A DNA stretch of 61,426 nt. It comes from Saccostrea cucullata (taxonomy: Eukaryota). A program made the translations under genes and the position numbers. The stretch covers positions 1-61,426 of the forward strand of contig NW_026934762.1 in assembly GCF_032062105.1 (NCBI RefSeq), given 5' to 3'. Positions 60,960 to 61,426 of the stretch are shown here, piece by piece; within the stretch, counting starts at the first letter, position 1, and the number at the start of each line of letters is the position of its first letter. Below the pieces are notes generated by a model. The model ran no database searches, was not told the origin of the DNA, and worked only from the letters and a program-made list of their open reading frames with translations.

Positions 60960-61426
60960 TAGGGATGTCAACGAGTACCCGGTTAACCGGGTACTCGATC
61001 GAACGTCCGAGTATCGAATACTAAAATCGGTACTCGGTTACTCGGATGTATATTTTTTAAATATTTCTAAGCTTTTTCATTATTGCATTAAAAAATCTGT
61101 TTAATAATATAAAATGCTCCTTGCACTTGTACATGCAGTAAGGTTTCCTGCTTCCCTTTATGACCGTAATTGCCTGTGACAGTGTTTATGCAGTAATTAT
61201 CGTGACCAAGCACCTGTTACTTGTCTTTCTCACCTTCGGCTGTCCTCTACCCTTATTTTTGGTTGGCTTTAATTATTTGCTTTCACTGAACATCGTTTAA
61301 GGTCTAATTTGTTTCAATAAATTAAATAATTTTGTCAATTCTCCGAGAAGCCGTAAATTAGGAGATTATTATTATTATTTTTAAAAAAAAAAACACTGTA
61401 AACCTCTTACGATTTTATTTCTTGTG
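60960..61426. mobile_element. Left end of a probable hAT-type non-autonomous element; runs off the window
   Basis: TAGGGATG terminus; subterminal CGAGTA/TACTCG repeats; perfect 26-bp palindrome at 60972-60997. Confidence 0.55.

Overview
AT-rich metazoan genomic DNA with GT-AG introns and microsatellites and no prokaryotic gene organisation. The repeat families and lectin types suggest a bivalve such as an oyster (inference). The window is almost entirely mobile DNA plus two decayed innate-immunity-type genes. In order it holds: (1) a PAN/apple + fibrinogen-related (FReD) pseudogene at 696-3024 (-); (2) a LINE RT fragment; (3) an 8.3-kb CAC...GTG foldback element (8552-16828) whose long inverted arms carry about 35 copies of the palindrome GAGGAACGTTCCTC, partly with unique spacers and overlapping heat-shock-element geometry, around an eroded CACTA/EnSpm-like transposase; (4) a full-length Gmr1-type Gypsy element with integrase before RT, a SCAN-like Gag, a tRNA-Leu PBS, an AATGA target-site duplication (TSD) and mosaic LTRs (18601-25518, -); (5) a full-length BEL/Pao element with TG...TA LTRs, a CATTG TSD and two nested TA-duplicating DNA elements (28942-37359, +); (6) a C-type lectin pseudo-exon; (7) nested Helentron/HINE-type elements carrying a 437-bp satellite (53095-58450); plus MITEs, hairpins, minisatellites and an assembly gap. 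All translations and alignments were done by eye; no database search was run.
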